Below, one piece after another: positions 31,001-33,912 of a DNA stretch of 33,912 nt. The stretch lies in NCBI GenBank assembly GCA_040384485.1, contig JAZKJH010000007.1:1-33912 (forward strand). Reading direction: 5' to 3'. Every line of letters begins with the position of its first letter. The stretch's first letter is position 1. A program made the translations under genes and the position numbers. The notes beneath the pieces were generated by a model that saw nothing but the letters and a program-made list of their open reading frames with translations, did no database searches and was not told the DNA's origin. Origin of the DNA: Patescibacteria group bacterium (GTDB lineage Bacteria; Patescibacteriota; Minisyncoccia; Phycocordibacterales; DATDWN01).

Positions 31001-33910
31001 TGTAGTAAACGAATCGCTCGACCCATAGGCAATCCCGGCAGCATTGATGGCATACGCTCGTGAGTAATAAAGTGTATTACAAGTTAAACCTGTAATATCT
31101 ACAGAAAATACACCTGTACTAAATGGTTGACCAACAGTATCAGTGGTAGTAGCAATTACTGTAGAAAAAAGGAAGGAGGTTCCATACTCAAAACCTCTCA
31201 CGGTAGCATTTGAACCGCCAGTAGAAGATATATTTCCGTTCAAAGCAACTGTTGTAGTAGACAGGTTGGACTCAGCTGTAGTAAGAACTGTGGCCACACA
31301 AGGTCTAGTCAAAAATGAATCGATGCTTCCCAAAGAAGTACCTGCGGGATTAATAGCGTATGCCCTAAAATAATATGTAGTGTTGCAATCTAATGTGTCG
31401 TCATATGTCCTAGAAATTATGACTGTGCTTGCTCCGTTACTGCCCCGCACATTTTCATCATCACCATCCCCATCTAAATCAGCAAAAGCAATATTGTCGT
31501 GTGAACTTGAAATATTCCACGAAGTATTTGCTAGCCAAACCGGCCCAAGCTCATTTCCTATGTTTTCATACCCACGAATAGGATTTCCACTTTGATACCC
31601 GACCATTAAGTCATAATCACCATCTAGATCATAATCAGTAAGTCCGGCTCTAGAATAAGTACCCGTATCTGCGTAATTCCAAGCAACTTTAGCTGTCCAA
31701 GTTGGAGAAGATACTGTTCCGGTGTTTTCGTAGGCTATTATAGTACCGTTAAAATTTCCCACAACAACATCATAGTCTCCGTCGTCATCTAGATCAGCTA
31801 CAGCAGGTGTCACATTACTAAGTCCTCCGGCCGCAATGTTCCATGCGGCTTTAGCTGTCCAAGTTGGAGAAGATACTGTTCCGGTGTTTTCGTAGGCATA
31901 CGTTGTTCCGTCATCATCACCGATCAAAAGGTCATAATCAGCATCATTATCTAGGTCAACAAATGCAGGATATCGAGTGGTAACTCCTAAGTTTGGAAAC
32001 CAATCAGTTCTATGTGTCCAAGCCGGGACAGTAGAGTTTCCAGTATTCTCAAAAGTCATCATCGTAGTGGAACTAAATAAACCTAAAAATACATCCAAGT
32101 CTCCATCATTATCTATATCGGAAAATGTTGGGGCAGGATAGTCATAACCTCCGGTCCACGGGACAGCAGCTAAGCCAGAACTAGTCCAATAATATGCTCC
32201 AGTTGCATCCTGTGCAAAGGTTCCTGTACCAAAACTACCGTGCGCAGTTGTCGTTGCATAAACGGTTGCAAGTGAGGAACTGATGCCATAAGCAAAACCT
32301 CTTTTGGTAGCATTCGATCCACCAGTGTTGGTTATTTCCCCGTTTATTACTGCAGTTGTAGTTGCAATCAAAGTGGCACTATTTGTTAAAATAGTTGGAG
32401 CACACGCAGATGTGGTAAACGAAGATGATATTACCCCGAAAGATGTCCCACCTGAGTTCGTTGCATAGGCACGAGAATAATAAGTTGTGTTACATACAAG
32501 TGTTAAAGATGAATCAGTAAATGCTCCGGTAGAAAATGTTCCATTTTCTGTAGTTGTGGCTGTGTCTCCTGCCATACTACTACTTGTTCCCCACGCAAAA
32601 CCTCTTACTGTTGCATCTGCTCCTCCAGTAGCAGTGATGTTACCGTTTAGTGTTGCACCGGTTGCTGTGACTGAAGATGCGGATTGAGTGGTGACTGTCG
32701 GAGCACAGGGAGAAGTTGTGAATGATTCTATTGTTCCGAATGAAGTTCCTCCAATATTTGTTGCATATGCCCTAGCATAGTATGTAGTGTTACAAGTCCC
32801 GCCAGATACCCCGTATGTAAAGGCCCCGGTAGAAAAAGTTCCATTTTCTGTACTAGTTGATACTCCTGTTGTCAGTCCAGCTGTCGTTCCATACGCAAAA
32901 CCTCGCACTGTCGCATCTACTCCACCTGTGGCTGTGATGTTTCCATTTAAGGTTGCAGTAGTTGTTGTGATTGATGATGCGGCTTGAGTGGTTACTGTTG
33001 GAGGTGATGCACAAGCTGAAGTTGTAAATGAAGAGGATATTGCACCAAAGGAGGTCCCCGCTGTATTGGTAGAATATGCTCTGGAATAATATGTTGTATT
33101 ACAAACTAAAGTTAATGATGAATTAGTGAATGCACCTGTCCCAAATGATCCATTCTCTGTTGTAGTAGCAGTGTCCCCCACCATACTACTACTTGTTCCC
33201 CAAGCAAATCCTCTCACTGTGGAATTTGTTCCCCCAGTAACTGTGATGTTACCGTTTAAAGTTGCTCCTGTTGCTGTTACTGCTGAAGCAGCTTGAGTGG
33301 TGACTGTTGGACGACAAGGTAATGTTGTAAATGAAACTATAGAACCCAATGATGTAGTGACTGAATTAGTTGCATAGGCTCTGTAATAATAAGTTGTGTT
33401 ACAAGTAAGAGTTATAGCTGAATTTTCGTGTCCATATGATATACCCGACGTTCCGGCATCTCCTATAAACAAATCTTGGTCGCCGTCGTTATCCAGATCA
33501 GCGAATGCGGGATCTATTGAACTCCCAACATCTGCTGAGTTCCATGATGTCCTGGCTGTCCAGGTTGGAGAAGATACAGTTCCAGTGTTTTCGTAGGCAA
33601 TAACTACACCAGTCGATTGTCCGATAAACAAATCGTAATCATTATCCAAATCTAGATCAACAAAGCTAGGTGATGAGTTGCTCCCATCATCTGATGAATT
33701 CCAACCTGCTCTAGCTGTCCAGGTTGGAGAAGATACTGTTCCGGTGTTTTCGTAGGCATATGAGATACCAAAGGCTTCACCTATCATCAAATCGTAGTCA
33801 CCATCATTGTCAAGATCTGCAAGTTCAGGACTAGCACTCGAACCAACGTCTGCCGAGTTCCAACCTGCCCTCGCTGTCCAGGTTGGAGATGATACTGTTC
33901 CAGTGTTTTC
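28025..33910 (-). CDS. Giant repetitive surface protein/adhesin (FG-GAP/VCBS-type and Fn3-like repeats), 5'-truncated
   Basis: The frame stays open past the track start (33790) to the window edge (ENTGTVSSPTW...ADLDNDGDYDLMIG); at least 13 DxDxDGDxD repeats and 8 CNT(T/L)YY Fn3-like repeats. Confidence 0.9.
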   Translation of the reverse strand, partial: ENTGTVSSPTWTARAGWNSADVGSSASPELADLDNDGDYDLMIGEAFGISYAYENTGTVSSPTWTARAGWNSSDDGSNSSPSFVDLDLDNDYDLFIGQSTGVVIAYENTGTVSSPTWTARTSWNSADVGSSIDPAFADLDNDGDQDLFIGDAGTSGISYGHENSAITLTCNTTYYYRAYATNSVTTSLGSIVSFTTLPCRPTVTTQAASAVTATGATLNGNITVTGGTNSTVRGFAWGTSSSMVGDTATTTENGSFGTGAFTNSSLTLVCNTTYYSRAYSTNTAGTSFGAISSSFTTSACASPPTVTTQAASSITTTTATLNGNITATGGVDATVRGFAYGTTAGLTTGVSTSTENGTFSTGAFTYGVSGGTCNTTYYARAYATNIGGTSFGTIESFTTSPCAPTVTTQSASSVTATGATLNGNITATGGADATVRGFAWGTSSSMAGDTATTTENGTFSTGAFTDSSLTLVCNTTYYSRAYATNSGGTSFGVISSSFTTSACAPTILTNSATLIATTTAVINGEITNTGGSNATKRGFAYGISSSLATVYATTTAHGSFGTGTFAQDATGAYYWTSSGLAAVPWTGGYDYPAPTFSDIDNDGDLDVFLGLFSSTTMMTFENTGNSTVPAWTHRTDWFPNLGVTTRYPAFVDLDNDADYDLLIGDDDGTTYAYENTGTVSSPTWTAKAAWNIAAGGLSNVTPAVADLDDDGDYDVVVGNFNGTIIAYENTGTVSSPTWTAKVAWNYADTGTYSRAGLTDYDLDGDYDLMVGYQSGNPIRGYENIGNELGPVWLANTSWNISSSHDNIAFADLDGDGDDENVRGSNGASTVIISRTYDDTLDCNTTYYFRAYAINPAGTSLGSIDSFLTRPCVATVLTTAESNLSTTTVALNGNISSTGGSNATVRGFEYGTSFLFSTVIATTTDTVGQPFSTGVFSVDITGLTCNTLYYSRAYAINAAGIAYGSSDSFTTSACAPTVTTVAASAITDTTVNLNGNITDFGGSASSVRGFAWGTNSNMAGDTSTTTETGSFSTGAFNGVWIASSTINLSDVGTNSSPEFTDIDNDGDQDVLVGHSTGFHVVFQNTGTISNPIWTINTSWDDTLTDVGTNASPAVADLDNDGDYDILVGHSTGLYAAFKNIGTVSSPLWVPDTGWDDNITDAGNNASPAFADLDNDGDYDLLVGSDTGLYLAFENTGSMSSPVWTAKNEWDDNLTDVGANATPTFADMDYDGDYDLFVGSTGGVSFGFENTGTVSSPIWSANSEWNSLDVGSVSAPSLADLDNDGDIDSIIGTSAGTSLTYLGKINLSTIENLVCNTTYYFRAYSTSPGGTGLGTIESFTTSPCYPTVTTQAASAITETEATLNGNITDLGGAPHSVTRGFAYSINSSLSSGVSTTTSNGTFSTGAFTENISSLVCNTTYYFRPYAINTTGISFGSIESFTTAACAASASISSAQNQVFVSGDVSTLISAITITDSSGGAVTSANDLRIAIATSSVSMLWDTADTTAVLGGTASGKANATVSYEGGGSVLVISIGNDFAAGETLSISGLSFTGFGTANAAVSGLDVYTGGAGDITSDSDDDKTIAIKGRLTLGSHTVGQEDNKFFNSNSITNGELYSFQLIPNGEVVSITNLILRLTGVRGLNAGDFANSQLFVDYGADGSVGASDLEVGTGTVLVNSPYGTVTFATDFSATTTRNYIFRTDVSGINPFDGLNVSLKVNDINSTGVTSLVSVSAIGTFDHASHIRIPQGNSLGEFVAGVGVVSGGGNSGGEVIGDDALLLRPTTTGGAQSSWINPSFAYDGTDGTYATETTAGHSQDYGDFSFLVPNGNIIDGIEVKIEANGSQNTGTIDVALSWNGGEGVTSVKTTATLSTTDTVYTLGGGSDKWGRAWTAGELSNGNFRLRITGQPSGNTISIDDIKVKIHHRTSGGGSGGGGDLGVGDKKNLLASVFNIFEIFSRIFSTR
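31687..31897. repeat. 49-bp exact intragenic direct repeat
   Basis: CTTTAGCTGTCCAAGTTGGAGAAGATACTGTTCCGGTGTTTTCGTAGGC at 31687-31735 and 31849-31897; near-identical copy at 33712-33757. Confidence 0.9.
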
Positions 33911-33912
33911 GT

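Noticed and set aside
28025-33912. Diversity-generating retroelement TR/VR pair among the adhesin repeats
   Set aside because: The repeats are in-frame coding duplications, no adenine-specific pattern was apparent by eye, and there is no reverse transcriptase.
1-33912. Alternative genetic code (TGA=Gly as in Gracilibacteria/Absconditabacteria)
   Set aside because: Long core genes and the >5.8 kb adhesin ORF are uninterrupted under code 11, and TGA acts as a stop at 4846-4848 and 2372-2374.

Overview
33.9 kb of a low-GC bacterial chromosome read with genetic code 11. Gene content and style (VirB2/TrbC-like pilin array, degenerate HisRS paralog, short S1, cohesin/dockerin surface proteins, leaderless core genes) point to Patescibacteria/CPR, Parcubacteria-like; this taxonomy is an inference. 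Layout: two tRNA genes (Lys-CTT, Leu-TAG), each followed by a related repeat element built from that tRNA's own 3' end; a ~5 kb array of small orphan transcription units that includes a candidate ~200-nt structured ncRNA with its own promoter and terminator; six pilin-like genes, a solute-binding protein and a methyltransferase; a core block (gyrA, MBL-fold hydrolase, rpsA, pth, lepB, pseudo-HisRS, rpsU, ybeY, ftsA, ftsZ, trxB) interrupted by four solitary orphan units; and a surface-protein locus with two membrane-anchored cohesin proteins, a dockerin protein and a 5'-truncated giant adhesin (>1960 aa) in which FG-GAP repeat blocks are nested inside Fn3-like repeats. The best novelty candidates are the tRNA-derived elements, the orphan ncRNA, the promoter-SD-ORF-terminator cassettes whose translation signals differ from those of the host genes, and the cohesin-dockerin adhesin locus. 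No integrase, transposase, reverse transcriptase or CRISPR array was seen. All family assignments are by eye from motifs; no searches were run.
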